From an uncultured virus (IMG/VR IMGVR_UViG_3300011258_000929) (lineage: Duplodnaviria > Heunggongvirae > Uroviricota > Caudoviricetes): a stretch of 24,177 bases of DNA. Position numbers and translations under genes: made by a program. Positions 8,800 through 16,844 of this stretch are shown one piece after another. The notes beneath the pieces were generated by a model. The model saw only the letters and a program-made list of their open reading frames with translations. It was not told where the DNA came from and searched no databases. Where the stretch lies: IMG/VR virus record IMGVR_UViG_3300011258_000929; one strand, given 5' to 3'. Within the stretch, counting starts at the first letter, position 1. Every line of letters begins with the position of its first letter.

Positions 8800-10011
8800 A
8801 TGCAAAACGAAATAAGTAAAGCGGCAGAGAAGTTGGGTATCAGTGTTACTGATGCTCAATCGAAATTTGAAAGTATATGTGAAGAAAATAAGGTATCTAC
8901 GGATTCACCTTTAGCAAAAGGATTGTGGCGAAGTTATGCTTCTCAACAATTGCGAATGATGCGAACAGACAGTACAGAAGGACAGACAGGAAAGAAAGGA
9001 TTCGGAGACAATGCGTTTGGATTCTTTATCTCACTTGAAGAACCTAGAGACATGATGGCATACAATCGAAAGCGAGCAATTGATGAATGGGGTCGTGACC
9101 CTTACAATGCACATAATACTGGCTTGGTAGCAACAGCAGAAAAGAATGAACAAGGCAAATATGTTGTCTCTAGATACTACCAAGGTGAAGAACAGACTAG
9201 AATAATGAATCAATTAGCCGATGGTGCTGAATACCTAGAAGACGGTAGCATTATCATTCCTTTGGATTCTCAACAACGCTATCAAAATGGCGGAGAGAAT
9301 AGAAACTACGGAAAGCCTCTAGCAAAGGAACTTATGCGCCGAAGCGGAGTGTTCATTGGTAAGATTGGAGATGATACCGAATACAAGAAGTATTACTTTT
9401 CATACAAGAACGAAGGTGGAGAAAAGTTCTCACCAAACACCTTTGAGTGGCTACATATGAGTGTTATTAAGGACTCTAATAGAGACGGATATATCTACGG
9501 ATATTCTATGAAAACTTTAGGAAGTTTGGCTTTGAATGCGGAACAAGACCCCGACGGTGATGTGTTCCGAATTACAGAAGGTCTAAGTCCTTTGGATATG
9601 GCTAGTTCTATCGTTGCTGATAATGTTGCTTCTTTGACTCTACTTGATGCAAAGCACTTGGAGTTAAGAGACATGCCATCAGCAGATAGATTCGTCTTGA
9701 CAATGGGGACTGTTTGTAATATGAACATGACTCCAACATCAAACGGTAATAGAATCATTAACTTGACAGACTTAAATGCTGACTTCGATTATGATACAGA
9801 CGGAATGACAACTTGTTGGATTCCTAAGCACATCAACATTGACTTTGGTATTGGTTCGGAAGTGGTAGTAGTAGGTAGAACCTCTCAAAGAGAAGGTGAA
9901 GACGGCTACGAACCCGCTACAATCAACCTTTCGGGACTATTGGTTACTGAAAGAAAGGGACAAGTAGAAGAAATTTCGGAGGCTCAAGAAGAGAACCTAG
10001 ATTGGTTTTGA
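8800..10011 (+). CDS. RPA-like OB-fold ssDNA-binding protein
   Basis: Start moved to the ATG after AGGAGG; C-terminal OB-fold pattern (GTV...IINLTD...TCW...GSEVVVVGR); acidic-aromatic tail EENLDWF. Confidence 0.65.
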   Translation: MQNEISKAAEKLGISVTDAQSKFESICEENKVSTDSPLAKGLWRSYASQQLRMMRTDSTEGQTGKKGFGDNAFGFFISLEEPRDMMAYNRKRAIDEWGRDPYNAHNTGLVATAEKNEQGKYVVSRYYQGEEQTRIMNQLADGAEYLEDGSIIIPLDSQQRYQNGGENRNYGKPLAKELMRRSGVFIGKIGDDTEYKKYYFSYKNEGGEKFSPNTFEWLHMSVIKDSNRDGYIYGYSMKTLGSLALNAEQDPDGDVFRITEGLSPLDMASSIVADNVASLTLLDAKHLELRDMPSADRFVLTMGTVCNMNMTPTSNGNRIINLTDLNADFDYDTDGMTTCWIPKHINIDFGIGSEVVVVGRTSQREGEDGYEPATINLSGLLVTERKGQVEEISEAQEENLDWF

Positions 10012-10014
10012 TTA

Positions 10015-10108
10015 ACACTCATGCTATTTTGTGATAACACTAGGCGCAATAATAGTAGCCGTGTAAGTGTGGCGGTTGAATGACACTCAAATAGGTGCAA
10101 AGCCTATA
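10015..10108 (+). ncRNA. candidate structured RNA or ssDNA element (three hairpins, pseudoknot, T-loop)
   Basis: Hand-folded stems 10022-10057, 10057-10077 and 10091-10107; loop AGTGT is complementary to ACACT. Confidence 0.4.
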
Positions 10109-10125
10109 TCTTAAGAGGAATAAAT

Positions 10126-10353
10126 ATGATAACATTAGCAGATAAATTAATTATGACAGATAGAGCGACGATTCCGGTAGACAAATTACAACATGTGTCT
10201 TATCAGTATTTGACAAACATAGAAGGAAAGAAAGAAGTTGAAGTAAAACTATACACGGCAAATCCAAATCCGGTAATACAAACTTGTAGTGGTAAAGTTC
10301 TAGAGGATTTTCTACACATGCTGAAACTAGAAAAAATGGGGTATTCGGAATGA
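10126..10353 (+). CDS. small beta-rich hypothetical protein (possibly PH-like)
   Basis: 75-aa ORF, GAGG RBS; similar pattern to the next ORF. Confidence 0.65.
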   Translation: MITLADKLIMTDRATIPVDKLQHVSYQYLTNIEGKKEVEVKLYTANPNPVIQTCSGKVLEDFLHMLKLEKMGYSE

Positions 10354-10583
10354 GTGATGTAATTACTATTACGGATTCCTTTATTGAAAAGGACAACACT
10401 TGGATTGTAGATTTCAAGAATATTGACTTCATTACATGGAAAGAAAACTATGATACAAAGTCTTACTTCGTTAAGTTGCACATAGGAGCAAAGGAAACTA
10501 GACTACAACTAGGATATAAAGAAGAAGTAGAGGAATTAATTACTTCTTGGAAAAAAAGTAGAGGTGAAAACAATGATGAATAA
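10350..10583 (+). CDS. small beta-rich hypothetical protein (possibly PH-like)
   Basis: 77-aa ORF, ATGA-coupled. Confidence 0.65.
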   Translation: MSDVITITDSFIEKDNTWIVDFKNIDFITWKENYDTKSYFVKLHIGAKETRLQLGYKEEVEELITSWKKSRGENNDE

Positions 10584-11358
10584 AAATAAAAAAACAGAAA
10601 TAAACATAGAAAGTCTTAGAAGCAAACTTCTAAAACAAACTGAACAGCATAAGAATGCCCCTAAGAGAATTAGAGTTGGTATTGAAGGAGATGCTAAGAC
10701 AGGTAAAACTGGTCTAGCAATGGATATGACAAAGAAAACATTCTATTTAGATGTAGACAACGGTTCAGTTCCGACTTGGCAAACAAACCATGAATCAACA
10801 GATAGAATTATTATTTTCAATCCTGCTGAACATAATGAAGACGGAGAGTTCCTACCTTACGAAACTCAAGGAAACATTCGTTCTTTTATTGCGTTGGCAA
10901 AACAGACAGCGAAAACAGAAGAGATTGTATTTGTTTGGGATGGCGTAGATACTTGGCTAGATTACTGTACACTGTACATGGCAGGAATGGAGACTTCAAG
11001 AATGCGACCTATGAAGACTTCTAAGCAACAAGACTGGTTTCATAGAAACCAACCTTTCAAAGAAGTTATGAAAGAGATGGAAGCAATAGATTGCGACCAA
11101 ATCTACATAACTCATACTAAGCCACCTTTTAGAGATGAACCTGCCCAACCCATATGGAATCGTTGGGACTCTCATCTATGGACTGTTCTACAAACGACTC
11201 AAAGAAACACACAGAAAGGAATGGAGTACTTTGTTACTGTTAAAAGCAGTAAATACAATCCTTCTCTTCTTGGTAAAAGAGTTTCTTTCCTTTCAGTTAA
11301 TCGAACAGGAGAAGTTGTTTGGACTGGGTTCAAAGAATTAAAAGAGGGAAATGTATGA
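10573..11358 (+). CDS. Sak4/AAA_24-like RecA-fold ATPase
   Basis: Walker A GDAKTGKT, FYLDVDNG, Walker B VWDG, YITH; GAGGTGA RBS. Confidence 0.7.
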   Translation: MMNKNKKTEINIESLRSKLLKQTEQHKNAPKRIRVGIEGDAKTGKTGLAMDMTKKTFYLDVDNGSVPTWQTNHESTDRIIIFNPAEHNEDGEFLPYETQGNIRSFIALAKQTAKTEEIVFVWDGVDTWLDYCTLYMAGMETSRMRPMKTSKQQDWFHRNQPFKEVMKEMEAIDCDQIYITHTKPPFRDEPAQPIWNRWDSHLWTVLQTTQRNTQKGMEYFVTVKSSKYNPSLLGKRVSFLSVNRTGEVVWTGFKELKEGNV

Positions 11359-12140
11359 AATTTACAATAGACGCAAAGGATTTTAGAACAGGATTAGAAG
11401 ACATAATGGGTAGTGGCAAATACGCTCAAACCGGAGGAATCAAAGCCGGTATTTTATCCGAATATGTTTTCCTAGACTTGACAGAAAACAACGACGCTAA
11501 TTTAGCACTATGGAATGGTGATGGTAGTTACATCAACAAAATAGTTCTTGATGCTACAATACTAGACGACACTATAAACAATGCAACTGTAAACATCAAA
11601 ACACTACTTCCCTTCTTGAAAAAAATGTCGGGTGAAATAGAAATAGCAATTCGAGATAGAGTGGTTATTTCTTCTCTCGGTGATGGTAGTAATACTGAAA
11701 TTACTTTGCCTAGAGTTAATCAACACCCTCACCACGAAGTTATTCAAAGACTTTACTTAATGGATTTAAAGTTGGAAGGTGAAATGCCTCAATTTAATGG
11801 TACTTCATTCGAGGGAAGTTTTGAAATGCCTACTTCTGTTTTTAAAGAAGTAATTAACCAATGTGAATTGATAGGAACAGGGGTCTATAAATTAGATTTT
11901 GTTTTCGATAAAACGGATTTAAGTAAGGTTGAGATTTCCTCAACGGTAGTTGGAGTTAAAGGATATACTACTACAGTAGATGTAGAAAACGGAAAGGGTT
12001 ATTCAGCAACAGTGGCTTTTACAGGCCCACTTCATAGATTCTTCAAAGGAGAAACAATTACCTTCTATGTTAAAGACGAGTTCCCTATACTAATGGTGGG
12101 AGAAAACAGGCTTCTAGTAAAAGTGCCTCACACGGAATAA
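11355..12140 (+). CDS. pcn: DNA sliding clamp (PCNA-like)
   Basis: 261 aa, two-domain clamp pattern (MKFTIDAKDF...; FEMPTSVFKEVI...; TFYVKDEFPILM); lies just before polB, with clamp loaders present. Confidence 0.7.
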   Translation: MKFTIDAKDFRTGLEDIMGSGKYAQTGGIKAGILSEYVFLDLTENNDANLALWNGDGSYINKIVLDATILDDTINNATVNIKTLLPFLKKMSGEIEIAIRDRVVISSLGDGSNTEITLPRVNQHPHHEVIQRLYLMDLKLEGEMPQFNGTSFEGSFEMPTSVFKEVINQCELIGTGVYKLDFVFDKTDLSKVEISSTVVGVKGYTTTVDVENGKGYSATVAFTGPLHRFFKGETITFYVKDEFPILMVGENRLLVKVPHTE

Positions 12141-12148
12141 GTGAAAAA

Positions 12149-13888
12149 ATGATAATTACAAATAACAATAACAATATTTACCTCTCTTGGAGAGACAACA
12201 AAGGAAACAAAGTGATTAAGAATGATACTTACAAGCCTTATTTTTATATTAAAGAAAGTTCTAGAGAACCTGCTACTTACAAAGTAAGCAAAACAATCAT
12301 TAGAGATTTTGAATATGAGAGTGGAGACTGGACTAATTTAGAAGGTGACAAACTAAAAAAGGTATATGTTGATATGCCAAAGGATATTTACAAGGCCAAA
12401 GAAAACTTTTCTCAAACCTATGAAGCAGATGTTCCCTTTCACTATAGGTATGCAATTGACAACATTACTTCTATGCCGGAATACAATATGCGAAAGTGGT
12501 ATTGGGATATGGAGTGGCAACAAGGTGGAGAACATGATGGAAAAATTACCGCCATTGTTTGTTATGATAATTTTGATAAGCAATTTTATACTTGGTCTTG
12601 GCAACCTGTTGAAAACAAGAACATTGTAGAACCTACTGTTGAAGAACATAATTGTATTATGTTCATGGAAGAAACAGAAGAAGCAATGATTCGTCAATTC
12701 TTAATGTGTATTGAAATGTGCGACCCCGACATGTTAATTGCTTGGTTTGGTTTGAAGTTCGATTTACCCAAGTTATTAGAAAGGTGTTGCGCTTTAGATA
12801 TAAACCCACTAGGGATATCACCACTAAGAGTAGTTGATGGTATTTACTTCAAGGATGAAAAGTGGGTGTTTACTAAGGGAGACGGATATGGCCCAACAGC
12901 CCAACCAATAAAGGGTAGAATTACTCTTAACTTGGACTTGGCTTTTGAAAGGCAATGGAATGATGCCCAAAGAGGAACACTACCTAGCCTATCATTAGAC
13001 TATGTTTCAAAGACATTATTCGGAGAAGGAAAGCATACCGAGACTAAGTTTCAAGACCCAAATGAGTTCTACAGAAGAGGTTGGATTGAAGACCCATCAG
13101 CCTACTTACAATACGCAATAATAGATGTTGAATTGCTTAGAAAAATAGACGAAGAAAACTTTACTTCCGAGGCTATTCTTTCTTTACAAAGACTACTTCT
13201 AGCACCATTCGATGCTTGTTTCTTTGCATCTAATATGGGTTCTATGTATTTTATGCGTAATGCTTGGTGGAAAGCACCAACAGGTAGTAAGCCTAAACAT
13301 AAAGTATGTGATTCATGCGGCTACAAAAACCCCAATGATAAGAAACTAAAAACATGTAAGCGGTGTAAAGAAAGTCTTTCTTATTCCGGTGCTATGATTT
13401 ACAATCCGTTGGATGAAAACACTAATGGTTTGCATAACAATGTTGCGGCATTTGATTTTGCAGGACTATATCCAAGTATGATTATTGCTAGGAATATTTC
13501 TTTTGAAACTAAGAGTAATGTAGAAACCGTATTTGGTGCTGATTTGAATACTCCTCAAAACTTGAAAAGTGTTGGTGAAGACTACAAAAGAAAAATGTTG
13601 TATTACACTACAGAAGAATTGGGACTATTGCCTAAGTCTTTGTTGGCCTTGAAAGACTTGAGAAACGAATACAAGGCTAATATGAAAGAGGCTAGAAACA
13701 GTGGAGACAAAGAGCAAACTGCTAAGTGGAATAATAATCAAATGGCGGTCAAGCGACTCATGGCATCCTTCTACGGAATCCTCGCTTACAAGGGGTTCGG
13801 TTGGGCTGATGTTGATTTAGCGGCTAGCATTACTGCTAGTGCGAGAGAGGCGATTAGACTAGCGGCATTTAAAGCAAAGGAGATGAAA
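12149..13888 (+). CDS. polB: family B DNA polymerase, N-terminal subunit (exonuclease plus motifs A and B); stop hidden in N gap
   Basis: ExoI WDMEW, ExoII FD, ExoIII YAIID, SYSGA, motif A DFAGLYPS, motif B KRLMASFYG; motif C not seen. Confidence 0.93.
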
Positions 13889-13965
13889 NNNNNNNNNNNN
13901 NNNNNNNNNNNNNNNNNNNNNNNNNNNNNNNNNNNNNNNNNNNNNNNNNNNNNNNNNNNNNNNNN
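13889..13965. other. assembly gap (77 N)
   Basis: Run of N. Confidence 1.
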
Positions 13966-13967
13966 AT

Positions 13968-14027
13968 TGTAAACTATGTGAACAAGAAGCAAAAGAAGAC
14001 GCATACAAATACTTAGGTGGTGAATAG
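13968..14027 (+). CDS. 3' end of a small CxxC protein starting in the gap
   Basis: Hand translation ...CKLCEQEAKEDAYKYLGGE*; its end carries the RBS of the next gene. Confidence 0.5.
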   Translation, partial: CKLCEQEAKEDAYKYLGGE

Positions 14028-14028
14028 A

Positions 14029-14373
14029 ATGGGTAGAGGAAAAACCAAAAAATTACACTCCGAAGTTATTCGAGAAGCAATAACAAAAACATTAGAAGGT
14101 TTAGATATAAATAAAGAATATCCAAAGTCAAAACTCTATGATGAAATTATTGCATCATACCAAGAGATTCACAAAGACAAATATGGGAAATATAGTTCTC
14201 AACTTAGTCATAGAAACAGTAGTCCTAAAAGAAGAGTCTCGCAATTCTTTAATGCAAAAATTTGTAAAGAACATGGTTGGAAAACAGTTTATAAAAAGAG
14301 AGCCTGTTTTATTGATGGTGTTAAAATAAGTTACTTAGAGACCCCATATCTAGTGAGGATTAAAAATGAATAA
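14029..14373 (+). CDS. basic hypothetical protein
   Basis: ATG after GGTGGTGA RBS; Lys-rich. Confidence 0.65.
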   Translation: MGRGKTKKLHSEVIREAITKTLEGLDINKEYPKSKLYDEIIASYQEIHKDKYGKYSSQLSHRNSSPKRRVSQFFNAKICKEHGWKTVYKKRACFIDGVKISYLETPYLVRIKNE

Positions 14374-14566
14374 AATATTTGAAAAATGGATTATAGATGA
14401 AATACAGAAGACTCAAGGGGTTTTTACCGCTAGAGAAATAGTAGAGAGGATTCTTGATAAGAGGGGTACTTCCCGTCATATTGGAGATGTCTACTCAGCA
14501 ACTTGGATTTGTAAGAAGCATTCAAAAAGGATAGGTCGTGGCCTGTTTGTTAAGGAGTCGGTTTGA
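14366..14566 (+). CDS. small winged-helix-like protein
   Basis: FTAREIVERI...RIGRGLF wing pattern; GAGG RBS. Confidence 0.6.
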   Translation: MNKIFEKWIIDEIQKTQGVFTAREIVERILDKRGTSRHIGDVYSATWICKKHSKRIGRGLFVKESV

Positions 14567-14670
14567 TGAGTGACAAAGTAGTAATTTGCCAAGAATGTAA
14601 TATCCATCTATATGATAAGGATATTGAAAAGAATAAATGTGTAGCATGTGGCGTGGAGGTGAAGGTGTGA
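14566..14670 (+). CDS. 34-aa zinc-finger microprotein
   Basis: MSDKVVICQECNIHLYDKDIEKNKCVACGVEVKV*; TGATG and GTGA coupling; AGGAG RBS. Confidence 0.7.
   Translation: MSDKVVICQECNIHLYDKDIEKNKCVACGVEVKV
14650..14670 (+). repeat. 21-bp direct repeat, copy 1 (left of methyltransferase)
   Basis: GGCGTGGAGGTGAAGGTGTGA. Confidence 0.9.
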
Positions 14671-15413
14671 AGTGTGAAGTGATACAGGCTGATTGCATCG
14701 CTTACATGAAGGGCATGGATAATGAGTGTGTGGATTTAATTTGCACCTCTCCACCATACAAGGCGAACAAGTCCTACGAGTCATGGGATTCGTTTGAAGA
14801 CTATGAGGACTTCGCTGACCAATGGATTGAACAAGCCTCAAGGATTCTTACACCAACAGGCACGATGATGCTTAATGTCGGCTACACCAAAATTGCTCGC
14901 AATGAAACCTTACCATTGACTTATCTTTATCACAGAATTGCCTATAAATATGGACTGAAATTAGTCCAAGAAATTGTATGGAGATACTTCGGGGGGATGT
15001 CATACAAACTGCGCTACACCCACAGAACCGAGCGCATCATGTGGCTTACCAAAGACCCCGATAATTGCACATTCAACCTTGACGATGTGAGAGTCAAAGA
15101 ATGGAAAGCGATTGATAAGCGAAACAACCCTCTCGGTAAAAATCCGAGTGATGTTTGGGAAATTAAACGAGTCGTTGGTGGGACTGGTGCTGTTGATATG
15201 AAATACAATCACCCTGCTCAATTCCCAAAGGCTCTTGTTGATAGAATTATCAAAGGTCATTCAAACGAAGGTGACTTGGTGTTCGACCCCTTCTTAGGAA
15301 CAGGAACAACTTGTGTTGTCGCTAAAGAACTGAACAGAAATAGTATTGGTTGCGAATTGATTGACGAATACATTGATGTGTGCAAAGAACGAGGCGTGGA
15401 GGTGAAGGCGTGA
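14667..15413 (+). CDS. beta-class amino DNA methyltransferase (N4-C or N6-A), orphan
   Basis: Motif IV TSPPY N-terminal, HPAQFP, motif I DPFLGTGTT C-terminal; GTG start after GGAGGTGA RBS. Confidence 0.92.
   Translation: MKCEVIQADCIAYMKGMDNECVDLICTSPPYKANKSYESWDSFEDYEDFADQWIEQASRILTPTGTMMLNVGYTKIARNETLPLTYLYHRIAYKYGLKLVQEIVWRYFGGMSYKLRYTHRTERIMWLTKDPDNCTFNLDDVRVKEWKAIDKRNNPLGKNPSDVWEIKRVVGGTGAVDMKYNHPAQFPKALVDRIIKGHSNEGDLVFDPFLGTGTTCVVAKELNRNSIGCELIDEYIDVCKERGVEVKA
15393..15413 (+). repeat. 21-bp direct repeat, copy 2 (right end of methyltransferase)
   Basis: GGCGTGGAGGTGAAGGCGTGA, 20/21 identical to copy 1. Confidence 0.9.
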
Positions 15414-15499
15414 CTGCTGAATACTGTAAAAAATGTGGTGCAAAGGTAGTATTGCCAATAGAACACTCCCTAATTTGTAATGGAGATGATGAAGAATGA
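15410..15499 (+). CDS. 29-aa zinc-finger microprotein
   Basis: (M)TAEYCKKCGAKVVLPIEHSLICNGDDEE*; GGAGGTGA RBS; coupled at both ends. Confidence 0.6.
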   Translation: MTAEYCKKCGAKVVLPIEHSLICNGDDEE

Positions 15500-15603
15500 T
15501 TTGCCATACATGTAGAAAAAGAAAAAGGGTAGTACACCCAAACAAAAGAGAATGCCATAGTTGTATCTCTTGGAAAAATAAAAGGAGAAATAAAAATGTT
15601 TAA
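15496..15603 (+). CDS. 35-aa basic zinc-finger microprotein
   Basis: MICHTCRKRKRVVHPNKRECHSCISWKNKRRNKNV*. Confidence 0.6.
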   Translation: MICHTCRKRKRVVHPNKRECHSCISWKNKRRNKNV

Positions 15604-15751
15604 TTTAGATGAATTGATAGAAGTACAAAGAACAACCAACGACACTCTTCAAGAGTTACTGGATAATGTGAAACGAAGCAATAAAATATTGATGATGGTT
15701 AATATTGTCAATATTGCAACTATCGTTACATTGCTAGTGGTGGTACTATGA
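15596..15751 (+). CDS. 51-aa protein with C-terminal transmembrane helix
   Basis: MFNLDELIEVQRTTNDTLQELLDNVKRSNKILMMVNIVNIATIVTLLVVVL*; AGGAG RBS. Confidence 0.7.
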   Translation: MFNLDELIEVQRTTNDTLQELLDNVKRSNKILMMVNIVNIATIVTLLVVVL

Positions 15752-15966
15752 AGTTGCCTTTGTATGAAGAAGTAGAGTCTTTTTTGTATTGGTTTCATGG
15801 CGAAAACATCATTATTGAAACAATAATGCCATACTATGCTTATTTTATGTATTTACTATTGATAATAGCGATAGTAAAGAATATATTCTACGCCCCAATA
15901 AAAGTCTTAAGAAAGAAAAACAAGAAAGAAAACTTTTGGAGTCAATACGATACAGGAGGAATATAA
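15748..15966 (+). CDS. small membrane protein
   Basis: Hydrophobic YYAYFMYLLLIIAIV followed by a basic patch; ATGA-coupled. Confidence 0.65.
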   Translation: MKLPLYEEVESFLYWFHGENIIIETIMPYYAYFMYLLLIIAIVKNIFYAPIKVLRKKNKKENFWSQYDTGGI

Positions 15967-16842
15967 ATGGAAGTAGTTTACGGACACACAGATTCAATCT
16001 ACATCAAAGTAGATTCTATAGAACAAGCACATGAAAGCCTAAAAGATATAAACGACTATGTAAGGGAGTCCTTCCCTAATATACTAGGCTTAGAAGAACA
16101 CCCCGTAGTTCTAGAGTTTGAAAAGTATTATTCATCTCTAGGAGTAGGTGTAACTAAGAATAGAAACGCAGGACTAATCTCATGGGAAGACGGTGTATTC
16201 TTGGATGAGCCTAAGTTTACAATGACCGGCTTCACTGCCAAGAGAGTTTCCGAAAGTCCACTTTCTAAAAGAATACAAACAGAGGTATTGAAAAGGTGGG
16301 TAGATGGTAAGGGAGAGGATGATATTGTTAATTATTGTCGAGAAGAATACTTGAAGACACTTAACGGAGAAACACCCATTACTGATGTTGTTAAGAGAAG
16401 TAGACTTAAAGAAAACAGGTTTGCATTAAAATGTTCTTGTGGGAAAAAATACAATCTATTAGAGATATATGATTTACAATATTGCAGTAAATGTGCAAAA
16501 CTAAAAAAGACCTTTACTACATTAGACGGTAAAAGGCCAAGTGTCGGAAGTGGTATTGCAGGTATGCTTTACGGACATGAAGAACTTGATTTTACATATG
16601 ATGATTCATATGTTTTTATGAAAATAATTCCTATTGGGTTCTATACTAATCCAATTACTGATGAAAGAAAATCGGCTGAATGGGTTGCAGGAACAACCTT
16701 TAGTGATTTAGAAAGGTTTAGTCCCGATTGGGCGCACTACTCCGAACAAGTAATTAGTAAAGCCAAACCTATTTTTGATGCAATGGGTTGGCAAACATCA
16801 AGTATTAAAAACAAACAAAGAAAATTAGAAGAATGGTGGTAA
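15967..16842 (+). CDS. polB: family B DNA polymerase, C-terminal subunit (motif C, thumb, PIP box)
   Basis: Begins MEVVYGHTDSIYI; LEFEK, KNRNAG, TGFTAKR; ends QRKLEEWW; has its own GGAGG RBS. Confidence 0.92.
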   Translation: MEVVYGHTDSIYIKVDSIEQAHESLKDINDYVRESFPNILGLEEHPVVLEFEKYYSSLGVGVTKNRNAGLISWEDGVFLDEPKFTMTGFTAKRVSESPLSKRIQTEVLKRWVDGKGEDDIVNYCREEYLKTLNGETPITDVVKRSRLKENRFALKCSCGKKYNLLEIYDLQYCSKCAKLKKTFTTLDGKRPSVGSGIAGMLYGHEELDFTYDDSYVFMKIIPIGFYTNPITDERKSAEWVAGTTFSDLERFSPDWAHYSEQVISKAKPIFDAMGWQTSSIKNKQRKLEEWW

Positions 16843-16844
16843 AA

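Noticed and set aside
10012..10125. Twister or pistol ribozyme, or tRNA (TAACACT and GGTnnnAAGCC resemble twister segments)
   Set aside because: The required pseudoknot partners and P1/P2 closure were not found, and there is no acceptor stem or anticodon arm; kept only as an unclassified structure
13889..13972. ORF-track extension of polB to 13972
   Set aside because: Artefact of translating through Ns; a different frame after the gap reads as a CxxC protein end
14667..15413. Complete restriction-modification system
   Set aside because: No adjacent endonuclease-sized gene with a nuclease motif; the MTase appears orphan
13861..15996. Split intein or self-splicing intron in polB
   Set aside because: The C half starts directly at motif C with its own RBS and no HN-C/S/T junction, and the intervening DNA is ordinary coupled ORFs; the N gap prevents full exclusion
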